The translations under genes were made by a program, and so were the position numbers. Positions 17,271 through 26,430 of a DNA stretch of 64,000 nucleotides are shown here, piece after piece. Position 1 is the stretch's first letter; the number at the start of each line of letters is the position of its first letter. Below the pieces are notes generated by a model. That model searched no databases, was not told the DNA's origin, and saw only the letters and a program-made list of their open reading frames with translations. This DNA comes from an uncultured virus (IMG/VR IMGVR_UViG_3300020048_000022) (Duplodnaviria; Heunggongvirae; Uroviricota; Caudoviricetes): the IMG/VR virus record IMGVR_UViG_3300020048_000022. One strand, given 5' to 3'.

Positions 17271-17518
17271 TATCTTTTTATATCTTTTAATGCTTCAACC
17301 TTTAGGACTGATTTATCCTTTAAAGCGATATTACCGCCATCACATTTTTTAATATCAACGAATCCTGAATTATACCAATTCAATCTCCTTGCTCTGATTT
17401 TTTCTCCCCTATCAGTTGTGACTAAACAACTGCACGGAGAATCTTTTCGGTACCAATAAATTATATTTACTATAGCAGATACCGAAAATACTATAATCCA
17501 TATTTTTAAAAATCTCAT
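17270..17518 (-). CDS. Small membrane-anchored protein
   Basis: N-terminal hydrophobic helix. Confidence 0.5.
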   Translation of the reverse strand: MRFLKIWIIVFSVSAIVNIIYWYRKDSPCSCLVTTDRGEKIRARRLNWYNSGFVDIKKCDGGNIALKDKSVLKVEALKDIKR

Positions 17519-18042
17519 CTTATGTTGGGTTTAAAATTGTAAACTCTTTCTGCATAATCATTAACACAAGGTCTTCCTGTATTATAACATCCAAATACTA
17601 TCTTCCAATTTTTGTACTTATCATAAAGCTTTCTTAGAAGCTTCATAGAGGTTTCGACATTTAGATCTATATCTGAAATTAATTCTGATTTAGGTATGTC
17701 CTTATCCCATATCGAATTTGCAGTGCTTGGCATTATTTGCATAGGTCCGAGTGCTCCTGCACATGATGTTTGTTGAGGATTGTATGTCCAGTGGAAAGGC
17801 CCAGAGTATCTAGTTTCTGCATAAGCTACACCAAGTGCATATTTAAGTGGTATTTCATACATAGTAGAATACTTCTCGAGAGCATTAAACATTTTAAGAG
17901 GTGTAGGAGCGTCGATATCGACGCTCCCCATGTTTACCTCTTGCTTTTCCTTTTTAGTCTCGCTAGGCTCAAAATAAAGCCTAAATGGCACAGCTAGAAT
18001 ACCTAGTATTCCTAACTTAATCATTAAGGCAGTGGTTTTCAT
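17515..18042 (-). CDS. Lytic transglycosylase (SLT domain) with N-terminal anchor
   Basis: AYAET...GALGPMQIMPSTA...N...CYNTG. Confidence 0.9.
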   Translation of the reverse strand: MKTTALMIKLGILGILAVPFRLYFEPSETKKEKQEVNMGSVDIDAPTPLKMFNALEKYSTMYEIPLKYALGVAYAETRYSGPFHWTYNPQQTSCAGALGPMQIMPSTANSIWDKDIPKSELISDIDLNVETSMKLLRKLYDKYKNWKIVFGCYNTGRPCVNDYAERVYNFKPNIR

Positions 18043-18359
18043 TGTCCTTCGTATTTAGACTGAATGCTATTGGCATAAAGATTAAATATGCAACGTCCAA
18101 TAGAATCCTGATAGATCTCATAACTTCCGTTAGTTCGATCTATAATCATTAATTCATTCCTTTCATTAATAGCAACGGAGACTTTCCCGATTGTTTTTGT
18201 TATCTTAGCTTCTGTCGGAGCAGCCTCTGGTTCTTTTTTAGCTCTATGATAAATATCGCAAGCAATATAACCAAGTGCAAAGATACAAAGGAACAATAAT
18301 ACCTTCCCAGCTTTTAAAACAATCTCTGAAATTTTCAATTTAACTTTCTGTGTTTCCAT
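18039..18359 (-). CDS. Membrane-anchored hypothetical protein
   Basis: TM segment VLLFLCIFALGYIA; ATGA overlap with the SLT gene. Confidence 0.6.
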   Translation of the reverse strand: METQKVKLKISEIVLKAGKVLLFLCIFALGYIACDIYHRAKKEPEAAPTEAKITKTIGKVSVAINERNELMIIDRTNGSYEIYQDSIGRCIFNLYANSIQSKYEGQ

Positions 18360-18381
18360 TTCTTTAGTTTTAGAATTTAAA

Positions 18382-18418
18382 CAAAGATAATAGAAAAGTC
18401 TAAATTAAAAAAATGATT
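18382..18418 (-). promoter_or_regulatory. Early-type promoter
   Basis: AATCATTTTTT...TATCTTTG, 31-nt offset. Confidence 0.7.
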
Positions 18419-18425
18419 TCTGAAA

Positions 18426-18683
18426 TTATTCTTTAATTTTAAGATGACATGTAGATTTTAGTTCCTCTGGAATTCCTTTGGCCATATCAAAAAAGAACCT
18501 AGGAACTTTTCCACATTTCTTACATGTGACAAGTTCTGCGGGAACAAGCTCTTCCTTTCCAGAAGGACTTAAAAGAGGAGATATTCTTTTAAATAACATA
18601 GATGTTTCCCACATCATATTTCCATCTTCACACTTGATCCAAGGTGTTTCGCTTAGATCTACTTTTTGTTGATTAGTATCCAT
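18426..18683 (-). CDS. Small putative zinc-binding protein
   Basis: KCEDG...KRISPLLSPSGKE...CKKCG. Confidence 0.6.
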   Translation of the reverse strand: MDTNQQKVDLSETPWIKCEDGNMMWETSMLFKRISPLLSPSGKEELVPAELVTCKKCGKVPRFFFDMAKGIPEELKSTCHLKIKE

Positions 18684-18684
18684 T

Positions 18685-19044
18685 TTATTTTTCTATTAGA
18701 TTTTGATATTGCAATGCTTTAGTATCCCACTTAGATACGAATAAAGACTTATAATTTTGTATTGCTTCGTCATGATTTTCCCCGTTCTTATTCTCGTGTA
18801 CAACTTTAATACATTTAATAAGATCTTTAAGAAAAGTTTCCTCCTCCACTTTTAAAGATTCATAAAGATTCTCCTTTAATTTATCGTTAGGCAAAGCAAA
18901 ATAAGCGCCAAAGAAATCAGATGATTCGTTATCTTGGAGAATGTGAGCATCTGGCTTATAAAGCCACATATCAAATTCGTTAAAATTGGAGCTAGTTTTT
19001 TGTTTTATTCTGTCCCAAGTATAAAATCTTTTGTGGAATGACAT
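18685..19044 (-). CDS. Hypothetical protein
   Basis: 119 aa, MSFHKRF. Confidence 0.6.
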   Translation of the reverse strand: MSFHKRFYTWDRIKQKTSSNFNEFDMWLYKPDAHILQDNESSDFFGAYFALPNDKLKENLYESLKVEEETFLKDLIKCIKVVHENKNGENHDEAIQNYKSLFVSKWDTKALQYQNLIEK

Positions 19045-19071
19045 AATAATATAAAGATTATTGATTTAACT

Positions 19072-19099
19072 TTATATTTAACAAGGGAAATTAAGTTTC
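19072..19099 (-). promoter_or_regulatory. Middle-type promoter GAAACTT-N16-TATAA
   Basis: Exact motif match. Confidence 0.55.
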
Positions 19100-19104
19100 A
19101 ATGT

Positions 19105-20139
19105 CTAATCCTCGTCATCGGCTTCAGTAAACCTGCTTAGTCCGTATGATGCTCTTTTTAAATCAGAATTAATGTCATTTTCAGGATCAGGCAAAATATG
19201 AGCTAACATTGGATTAGCATTTACTATTTCAATTTTATATTTTCTATAATTGACTGGATCATTAACATATGATTTAGTAACTAAGTTGATAGTTTTTTGT
19301 GGCAAGCCTGATTTTTTAAGAATGTCCTTCAGAATATAAATTACTAAATATGCTAATTTTAAATTCAAATCATCTTCAGTATAAACTGGGCCAGTTATTT
19401 TTATATTAGTAGTAAGAACTGGTGTTTTGTTCCCATGATCTATTCTAATATATCCATTAGGTTGTATAATAAGACCATAATTAAAATCTTTTAATGAAAA
19501 TCTTAAAATACCCTTTTTCTTTCTTGCTTCACTAGTATCAATATAAGCACCTAGACTATCTAGTGTCTTAATTAAAGGGTTATTATTTAGATCTATATCA
19601 GTAAAAGGATTTAAAAGAGGGGTTTCATCTTTTATGATCTCTCTAAGATCTGTAAATATTGGATAAAACAATCTACATAAAGTATCTTTTATATCTGAAT
19701 GGTTATAGAAAGTGTATTGTTTTCCTCTATATACAAATAAATCATATTTTGACATTCCCTTACCTCTGTCTGAAAGAATCTTACCGTAGATATTTGCATG
19801 ATTATACAATATTCCGTTATTAGAATGTATATCAATTCCTAAGCTATTATAAAAATTATCAACGACTGAATCATCCTTTAATGCTTCAATATTAGGAACA
19901 ACTTGATCATAAGTATAGTTAATAAAAGGAACTAGTATTCTGTTACCATTAATAACAAAATATATCTCGGATCCTTGGAGCTCAATAGAAAAGTTCTTAA
20001 GGCCTACTACTTTAGATAAGATATTTTTCCCAACTCCATCAACAAAAAAATTCTTCAATGGTTTAGGTAAAGATTCAAAAGAAGAATGCCCACCATCCGA
20101 GCTCTCATTTAAAAATTGCGAAAAATTCATTATCCTCAT
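19105..20139 (-). CDS. Hypothetical, putative virion-internal protein
   Basis: MRIMNFSQFLNES; C-terminal ASYGLSRFTEADDED. Confidence 0.65.
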   Translation of the reverse strand: MRIMNFSQFLNESSDGGHSSFESLPKPLKNFFVDGVGKNILSKVVGLKNFSIELQGSEIYFVINGNRILVPFINYTYDQVVPNIEALKDDSVVDNFYNSLGIDIHSNNGILYNHANIYGKILSDRGKGMSKYDLFVYRGKQYTFYNHSDIKDTLCRLFYPIFTDLREIIKDETPLLNPFTDIDLNNNPLIKTLDSLGAYIDTSEARKKKGILRFSLKDFNYGLIIQPNGYIRIDHGNKTPVLTTNIKITGPVYTEDDLNLKLAYLVIYILKDILKKSGLPQKTINLVTKSYVNDPVNYRKYKIEIVNANPMLAHILPDPENDINSDLKRASYGLSRFTEADDED

Positions 20140-20155
20140 ATTAAAAGTTACTTTA

Positions 20156-20192
20156 CAAATATATGGAAGATTCTACATTTAAAAAAATGATT
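20156..20192 (-). promoter_or_regulatory. Early-type promoter
   Basis: AATCATTTTTT...TATATTTG, 31-nt offset. Confidence 0.7.
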
Positions 20193-20628
20193 ACTTCAAA
20201 GTTAATAAATACATTAATTTAGAAACTCCTGCTATAAGTTCATCTATTAAATTCTGTAAATCTGATTCTTTAAAATTTTCCCTTAGTGTGGTTAGACATT
20301 CCAGCATGCTTTTTAACCATGAATTAGGTTCAACATCAGAGAAGCTTATGAATTCACAGTTATTACCGAAATCTATTCTTCCGTGATATCCCTGATATGA
20401 TTCAACTAGAGCATCCAATCCTTCATCTATAGAATCATATGCTTTCATATAAGCTTTATGCTGAGCATAAGATTCAGTTCCCCAGTGCATAATTTTAAGT
20501 TGTGCTTGAAAAAGCAATAAGTTTACAAAATGCTCATCTATCGAAGAACCTAATTGTTTAACTCCCTGAAGTTGAGTACCATCTTCAGTACTTGCCATTC
20601 CATTTTCTTTGTATTCGTCGAAAGTCAT
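20191..20628 (-). CDS. Ferritin/Dps-like protein (DUF5856-like)
   Basis: MHWGTESYAQHKA...YD...DALVESYQG...LQNLIDE...YLLTLK. Confidence 0.75.
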   Translation of the reverse strand: MTFDEYKENGMASTEDGTQLQGVKQLGSSIDEHFVNLLLFQAQLKIMHWGTESYAQHKAYMKAYDSIDEGLDALVESYQGYHGRIDFGNNCEFISFSDVEPNSWLKSMLECLTTLRENFKESDLQNLIDELIAGVSKLMYLLTLK

Positions 20629-20643
20629 ATTTTTTTATTTTTT

Positions 20644-21516
20644 TTAGAATCCTAGATCTCCAAGATCTGCCGCAGTATCAATATTAGGCAATAAGGATTT
20701 TATTCTATTGTATATATTCTCATTACCTCTTCTTATCTCATCCGCAACTTTAAATGAATCAGCAGATTTATTAAAATACTCAATCATTGTATCAACAACA
20801 ACATTCGGTAATTCAGCATCTCTTAGAGATTCAATTTCATTATCTCCAATTTCTTTTAATAGATTAAGGAATTTCTTACCCAATGAATTCCAATCCCTTT
20901 CCATTGATGAATATCTATTACACGTTTTTTCTAATTCCTTTTTTATTATGGCATCAATTCCTAAATTAGCTCTATAAACAGGAGAAAATAGATCAATATA
21001 TTTTAATTCTTTTATTTTTACCATATTACCTGGCCAAAATATATCCTCCAATATCGGGGTAACGCTATTTACTATAGCATTCCTAAATATATTACTTATA
21101 GGAAGATCGTTTGCTGTATTAACTGGAGGACATGTAGTTAGACCTGTTGATATATCTTTTATTAATTTATTAACACTTGGATAAATATTAGGATCTTTAA
21201 TTTCGTTAGCATAATCGAAATCGCCTTCATTATAACCATTTGGATATTTTATTAAAGATGCTATATCATTTTTATGTATATCCATTATAGTTGAGCTGGC
21301 CTTGTCAGATTTTTCCTCCTTATAAATTAAAATATTCTCATACGATTTATAGATTAACCAGTTTTTAAAATTTTTATTAAAATTAGATCTAGCCATTCCA
21401 GATTTAGCAGAAGCATACGAATTAATATAATCGCTATTAGTATAAACCCTGCTTATATTAAACATATCCCCCTCGTATGATTCAAATATCTTAAAACTCT
21501 TAATCCTTTTCATCAA
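20644..21516 (-). CDS. Hypothetical, putative virion-internal protein
   Basis: MKRIKSFKIFES; C-terminal DTAADLGDLGF. Confidence 0.6.
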   Translation of the reverse strand: MMKRIKSFKIFESYEGDMFNISRVYTNSDYINSYASAKSGMARSNFNKNFKNWLIYKSYENILIYKEEKSDKASSTIMDIHKNDIASLIKYPNGYNEGDFDYANEIKDPNIYPSVNKLIKDISTGLTTCPPVNTANDLPISNIFRNAIVNSVTPILEDIFWPGNMVKIKELKYIDLFSPVYRANLGIDAIIKKELEKTCNRYSSMERDWNSLGKKFLNLLKEIGDNEIESLRDAELPNVVVDTMIEYFNKSADSFKVADEIRRGNENIYNRIKSLLPNIDTAADLGDLGF

Positions 21517-21527
21517 TTATTTTTTTT

Positions 21528-22502
21528 TTATTTTCCTCCAGCTATAGATGCTAAAGGGACATAAAGTACCTTACCGAAGGGAGGATTATTGTATAGTTCA
21601 GGAGAACAAACAAACCATACTGTCTTCTTAGCATATTTTCTAATATTATACATACCTGGGTCTGGCATATCAGCATTTGTATCAGTAAAATAAACAAATA
21701 CCGAAGGCACGATTTTCTCTTTTTGTAACCAAGCAAAAGGAGGTATTAATCCTTTAGAATTTCCTCCTGTTGATTTTATTTTTGATAGATCAGGAACTTT
21801 ATTTTTCTTATCCAAGATATCAATAGCATCAATATCATCACTACAATATATTATTATTGTTCTTTCTGCATCACATTCTTTTGATATTTTAACTATCTCA
21901 GAAAGAAATACCTTTATTGTCTCTACTGGCATAGATCTCATTGAACAATTAGGATCTTTACATAAAGGACATTGACCGGATGTGTCTATAGCTACAACTA
22001 CAGTTCTAAGAGAATCTTCAAATCCACTTTTTCTACCATAAAGAATATTACCAGTTCCTAACATCCTTTTATTAGGAAGCACCCATTCATCAGTTTTTAG
22101 GTAATTATCAAAAAATTTAGTTAATTCTTTTTTCCAGTTAACTAAAGGCTCATTAGATGTTAATTCCTTAATAAGTCTTTTTAATTCCGGGCTCATTGAT
22201 CCTCTACTTGATGATTTAGCTACAATATTTCCCCAGTCTGGAAATTCTAATTTTTTTCTGTATATTCTACTTTTTTTATCAGATTTTATTTCGATAGCTT
22301 TAGTTTTAGATCCCACTGATCCTGATCCTAAATCTACACCCATATTATTACCCTTTTTATCCTTACCAATCTCTGATGTTTTATCGGTTTTTAAAGCTCT
22401 TTCTATATAAACAGGATTTCCGAATTCTACCTTTTTAGATCCGTTATCACTCACCTTATTTTCTTCAGGAAGTATTTTGTATTGTCCTTTTTTTATTAAC
22501 AT
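21528..22502 (-). CDS. vWA-domain protein (DUF2201 C-terminal-like) with interrupted MIDAS
   Basis: VNWKKEL...PNKR...VAIDTSG[QCPLCKDPNCSMR]S...GG...VYFTD. Confidence 0.8.
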   Translation of the reverse strand: MLIKKGQYKILPEENKVSDNGSKKVEFGNPVYIERALKTDKTSEIGKDKKGNNMGVDLGSGSVGSKTKAIEIKSDKKSRIYRKKLEFPDWGNIVAKSSSRGSMSPELKRLIKELTSNEPLVNWKKELTKFFDNYLKTDEWVLPNKRMLGTGNILYGRKSGFEDSLRTVVVAIDTSGQCPLCKDPNCSMRSMPVETIKVFLSEIVKISKECDAERTIIIYCSDDIDAIDILDKKNKVPDLSKIKSTGGNSKGLIPPFAWLQKEKIVPSVFVYFTDTNADMPDPGMYNIRKYAKKTVWFVCSPELYNNPPFGKVLYVPLASIAGGK

Positions 22503-22505
22503 AAT

Positions 22506-23648
22506 TTAAACTTCTATATCCCCATTAGGGTAGATCTTTTTAATTATAGCGACCTTGCCATTATCTAGTATAACCTTATTTCCGACTTTCATGTTAGAGC
22601 TTTGATCTCCTTCTTCTCCACCGCCTTCTCCTTGTTGTCCAGGTTCTCCAGGTTGGTCCCCAGATTCTCCAGATTCTCCTGGCTGGTCTCCTGGTTTATC
22701 TCCTGGTTTATCTCCTGGTTTATCTCCTGGTTTATCTCCTGGTTGGTCCCCAGATTCTCCAGATTCTCCTGGTTGGTCTCCTGGTTGGTCTCCTGGTTTA
22801 TCTCCAGGTTTATCTCCAGGTTGGTCTCCAGGTTGTTCGCCAGGCTGATCCCCTGGTTGGTCTCCTGGTTGTTCTCCAGGTTGTTCTCCAGGTTCATCAC
22901 CAGGTTCATCACCAGGTTGTTCTCCAGGTTCATCGCCAGGTTCATCACCAGGTTGTTCTCCTGGTTCTCCAGGTTCATCGCCAGATTCATCTTGATCCAC
23001 TGGGAAGTCTCCGTCCTGTATATTTAGATCGCTGTCCATTTCTGGAGTTTCGTCTTCGTCTATTATTTTTCCTATATCTGCTTGTTGCATAATCTTAGGA
23101 TCAGCAATCAATTTAGCCAATTCTCCAGATTTTTCTAAAATATCATATATGTCCTCAGCTCGCATTCCCTCAAATCTTGCTTCGTATAGACCAAATCTTT
23201 CTCCGCCTTCTTGTGGCCATTCAACTCCAGTCTCATCTTTTATTATTGGATTTATAGCATAATCACAAGCTATATTCCATCCATCAGGATTTCTTGTCCC
23301 TCTTCTTCCCATATGATCTCCAATACAATGAAGTATTTCATGTATTAGTACAAATCTTACTGCTTCGTCTTTTTGTTTAAGAACAAAATCTGGGTGAAAT
23401 ATTATATCCCTACCATTAGTACACATGGTTGGTGGATCAATCTCAGAAGATCCATAAATATTGAGGTGAGCTAGTAGCTCCCCGTAAAATCCTTTATTGA
23501 TAGCTATCCAAAGAATAGCTTTTCTTATTTTTTTAACAACTTCCGCATTTTGATCCTCACTTTCGTTGATAGCAGAAAAAGATTGAAAATCTAATATCCT
23601 TGATACAGAGCCTCTTCCCTCAAATATTTGGAATTTTTTTATTCTCAT
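22506..23648 (-). CDS. HExxH metallopeptidase-like protein (DUF2201_N-like) with PG(D/E) repeat
   Basis: TMCTNG...HEILH...H...WNIACDYAIN...AEDIYD. Confidence 0.85.
   Translation of the reverse strand: MRIKKFQIFEGRGSVSRILDFQSFSAINESEDQNAEVVKKIRKAILWIAINKGFYGELLAHLNIYGSSEIDPPTMCTNGRDIIFHPDFVLKQKDEAVRFVLIHEILHCIGDHMGRRGTRNPDGWNIACDYAINPIIKDETGVEWPQEGGERFGLYEARFEGMRAEDIYDILEKSGELAKLIADPKIMQQADIGKIIDEDETPEMDSDLNIQDGDFPVDQDESGDEPGEPGEQPGDEPGDEPGEQPGDEPGDEPGEQPGEQPGDQPGDQPGEQPGDQPGDKPGDKPGDQPGDQPGESGESGDQPGDKPGDKPGDKPGDKPGDQPGESGESGDQPGEPGQQGEGGGEEGDQSSNMKVGNKVILDNGKVAIIKKIYPNGDIEV
22635..22985 (-). repeat. Coding tandem repeat, roughly 12-nt unit encoding PG(D/E)(E/Q/K)
   Basis: Repeated cctggtttatct / ccaggttcatca / ccaggttgttct variants. 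Confidence 0.9.
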
Positions 23649-23653
23649 AATTA

Positions 23654-25213
23654 TTAAAGTCCTTTGTTTCTAGCTCCAGAAATTATCATCTTAGCAGCAT
23701 CTAATTTCATAGTATCCTCTTCATTACCAGTAGCTACGCTTGGTGGTCTAAATTGAGGATATTTTTCAAGAATCGATTTATAAAGCCAAGAAAGCATCTC
23801 CAATTGATCATATCTTGCAAAATACTTTACAACATTATAAAGCTCAACCGGAGAATATTCAGTAACAGAGGAAGCAACCATAGAGGAAAAACCATATAAT
23901 ATTGATTTTTCTCTAGCTGCTTCTATTATAGGAGAATTATCAGGATCTGTTTTAATCTTTTCTATATCTTGAATGCTTATTTTTTTAAGTATTTTTAGAT
24001 ACTCTGCTATTTTTCCTGCAGCAAAAGGCCCAACGTTATCAAAGAAAATATCGTGCATAACTTGATCTGGTAGATCTCTCCATGAGTTTACGTTCTCATC
24101 TTGAACCTCGTCATATACTTGAAGAGCAGAATCAGACCACGATCTTGGACTAGGGAAGTTTTTAACCTCTTTGTCTATATCTAACTCGTGAAAAAGATTC
24201 TGGTTGTTCATTAGGAAAGCAACTAACTCAGGGAATATTTTACCATTTGATCTTGCCCAATCTGCCCAGCTTTCTACATTAGGAACATAGTTATAAATTA
24301 CGAATCTATCAGCCAATGCAAAATCAAAATCTGTAACATCAGCTTCTTCTGGTCTATTTCCTGCTGCAACTATTACCCATTTATCAGGCAGTTGGTAATC
24401 ACCAATTCTACCTTCCTGGACGAATTGCATGATTGAGTTTTGAACAGGACCTTTAGATCTGTTCATCTCATCCATGAATATTATCCCTCCTCTATCATCT
24501 TTTCCATTGTCAGTTGGTAATATTCTAGGGGGATTTGCTCTTGTAAATCCTCTACCTGAATTTGTTACTTTACCGTTTTCTATTTCAACTGCCTCTATAT
24601 CATGCTTACTTGGTATTCCTAAAAAATCCTCAGGATTCATAAACTGAAGATCCAGCTTTAATACAGGAATTTTAAGAGCATCTGCTGCTTCGCCTATTGC
24701 TTTTATGCTAAGTTCTTTACCTTCTTTATCTAAATAAAGACTGTTTACTATTTGTGTTTTACCAATACCAGGAGCTCCATATATAAATATAGGTTTAGCT
24801 CTTCCTCCCCTTTGTTTACTTCTATATAATTTAATTAATCTTTTCTTTAATTCCTCAGCAGTTACGTTTCTTACACTTTGATCTGCTCCGGTGTATTCCA
24901 AAGGAACTATAGCTTCTTCTAATTCATAAGATACCGATTCTTTAAGAGGATTAACCCCTTGTTGATATTTCATCATCTGTTGATAAACAGGACCATTCTC
25001 CGGTAAGAATAGCATTGCTACTGGCATTCCTTTCATTGGACCAGAAGGGATGGGTTTAATTAATCCCTGCCCGATCGCTTTAATGAATTCTCCTGCCCAT
25101 CCGCCAACTCTTTTTATAAGATTTACTAATCCTGAAAAGAATCCTTCATTAACTCTTGGATTGTAAGATTCATTAACGAAATCGTTGAAGTTCTTTATTC
25201 GATTATTTTTCAT
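23654..25213 (-). CDS. MoxR-like AAA+ ATPase, copy 1
   Basis: GAPGIGKT, IIFMDEMNR, AAGNR, ALADRF, PSPRSW. Confidence 0.9.
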   Translation of the reverse strand: MKNNRIKNFNDFVNESYNPRVNEGFFSGLVNLIKRVGGWAGEFIKAIGQGLIKPIPSGPMKGMPVAMLFLPENGPVYQQMMKYQQGVNPLKESVSYELEEAIVPLEYTGADQSVRNVTAEELKKRLIKLYRSKQRGGRAKPIFIYGAPGIGKTQIVNSLYLDKEGKELSIKAIGEAADALKIPVLKLDLQFMNPEDFLGIPSKHDIEAVEIENGKVTNSGRGFTRANPPRILPTDNGKDDRGGIIFMDEMNRSKGPVQNSIMQFVQEGRIGDYQLPDKWVIVAAGNRPEEADVTDFDFALADRFVIYNYVPNVESWADWARSNGKIFPELVAFLMNNQNLFHELDIDKEVKNFPSPRSWSDSALQVYDEVQDENVNSWRDLPDQVMHDIFFDNVGPFAAGKIAEYLKILKKISIQDIEKIKTDPDNSPIIEAAREKSILYGFSSMVASSVTEYSPVELYNVVKYFARYDQLEMLSWLYKSILEKYPQFRPPSVATGNEEDTMKLDAAKMIISGARNKGL

Positions 25214-25233
25214 TTAATTTTTTTAGATCTTTT

Positions 25234-25241
25234 TATATATC
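25234..25241 (-). promoter_or_regulatory. Late-type promoter GATATATA
   Basis: At the head of AAA/vWA cluster 1. Confidence 0.6.
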
Positions 25242-25253
25242 CAAAAAAATAAA

Positions 25254-26429
25254 TTAAAATAAAGCTCTCACAAGAAGTAGATTGGGGGATAAAGGTGAAT
25301 AACCCATGGCTTCAATGAATCTATTGATCGGATCTAATATTACTCGATTGAATTGTTCATCAAAATCAACAGGAGGAGCTAGCTCATAAGGATATGCTCC
25401 GTTAAGATATCCAAATACGTTATTCTCTCTTTCGTTGTTTACCTTGACATAATAGTACTTAATCTTCTCTGATGATCTGATTAAACTATATTTAACTTTA
25501 TGTTTGGAATTGTTTAGGAGATAGTTGTGATATCCTGCTGCTCTTACGTGCATTGGACAGCCTTTAGCAACTTCGAATTTAGTTGTATCATTTACAATGA
25601 ACTTCTCTATATTATTAACTGAAGTTCCTACTGATATTTGATCCGGGCTTTGTACTTTGAATTCAGATTTTATATTCTTAAGAATCTTTACAAATTCTCT
25701 AATATCAAAAGTTTTACCTTTCTCAAAAATGTGTTGAAGCAAGAATGTAAGTTTCTCTCTAGCAAAGGGAGCAGTGCCTCCTTGTGCTAATTCTATACCT
25801 GTTGATTTAACTTTTGAAAGTCTAGGAAATAAATCCTTATTAGGATCTTGCCAAGCTATATGTAATACATATTTCTTTTTACCTAAGAATATACCAGCAT
25901 AAGATAAACTCTCTAGCTCAAAATCTTGATAGTTATCTGTGCCCCATTTTTCCGAATAGATGTCATAGCATTTCTTAATGTATTCTTTAAGCCTGAATTC
26001 ATTAAGTCTTTTTACAAATTCGAATGGTTCTAGATCCGAATCAAATTCACAAGAATCCATAACAGCTCCAAGATTGATATAATTTGAATCTGTATCTCCG
26101 TATATAATAAAGTCTAATGTTATCTTCCTGACATTGCGAACTCCCATTTTTTCATGAAGCTCAGTATCAAGATGCCACATGTCATTGAAATATCTGTTTA
26201 TTATCTTCTCAGCAAATTTCCAAATGTCCTGACCTTGCAAAGTAACGCTCTCCGCAACATCTGGATTGAATAAAGCAAAGTACTGATTTCCTGTCGCTCC
26301 GTATATACTGTTAAGTGTTAACTTAATACCTTGTTCAGTATTATAGAAATCCGAAGATTTCTTTTGATACTCCGTTAATTGTTGATTGAGCTCTTCTAAG
26401 CTCATTGACATGTAGTCTATTTCTTCCAT
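25254..26429 (-). CDS. Family B DNA polymerase, C-terminal half (gp43B-like)
   Basis: KLTLNSIYG, YGDTDS, KKKY; no exonuclease domain or motif A. Confidence 0.92.
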   Translation of the reverse strand: MEEIDYMSMSLEELNQQLTEYQKKSSDFYNTEQGIKLTLNSIYGATGNQYFALFNPDVAESVTLQGQDIWKFAEKIINRYFNDMWHLDTELHEKMGVRNVRKITLDFIIYGDTDSNYINLGAVMDSCEFDSDLEPFEFVKRLNEFRLKEYIKKCYDIYSEKWGTDNYQDFELESLSYAGIFLGKKKYVLHIAWQDPNKDLFPRLSKVKSTGIELAQGGTAPFAREKLTFLLQHIFEKGKTFDIREFVKILKNIKSEFKVQSPDQISVGTSVNNIEKFIVNDTTKFEVAKGCPMHVRAAGYHNYLLNNSKHKVKYSLIRSSEKIKYYYVKVNNERENNVFGYLNGAYPYELAPPVDFDEQFNRVILDPINRFIEAMGYSPLSPNLLLVRALF

Positions 26430-26430
26430 A

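Noticed and set aside
22589..23027. Alternative-frame and antisense ORFs with NLE/SRF repeats
   Set aside because: Shadows of the PG(D/E) coding repeat
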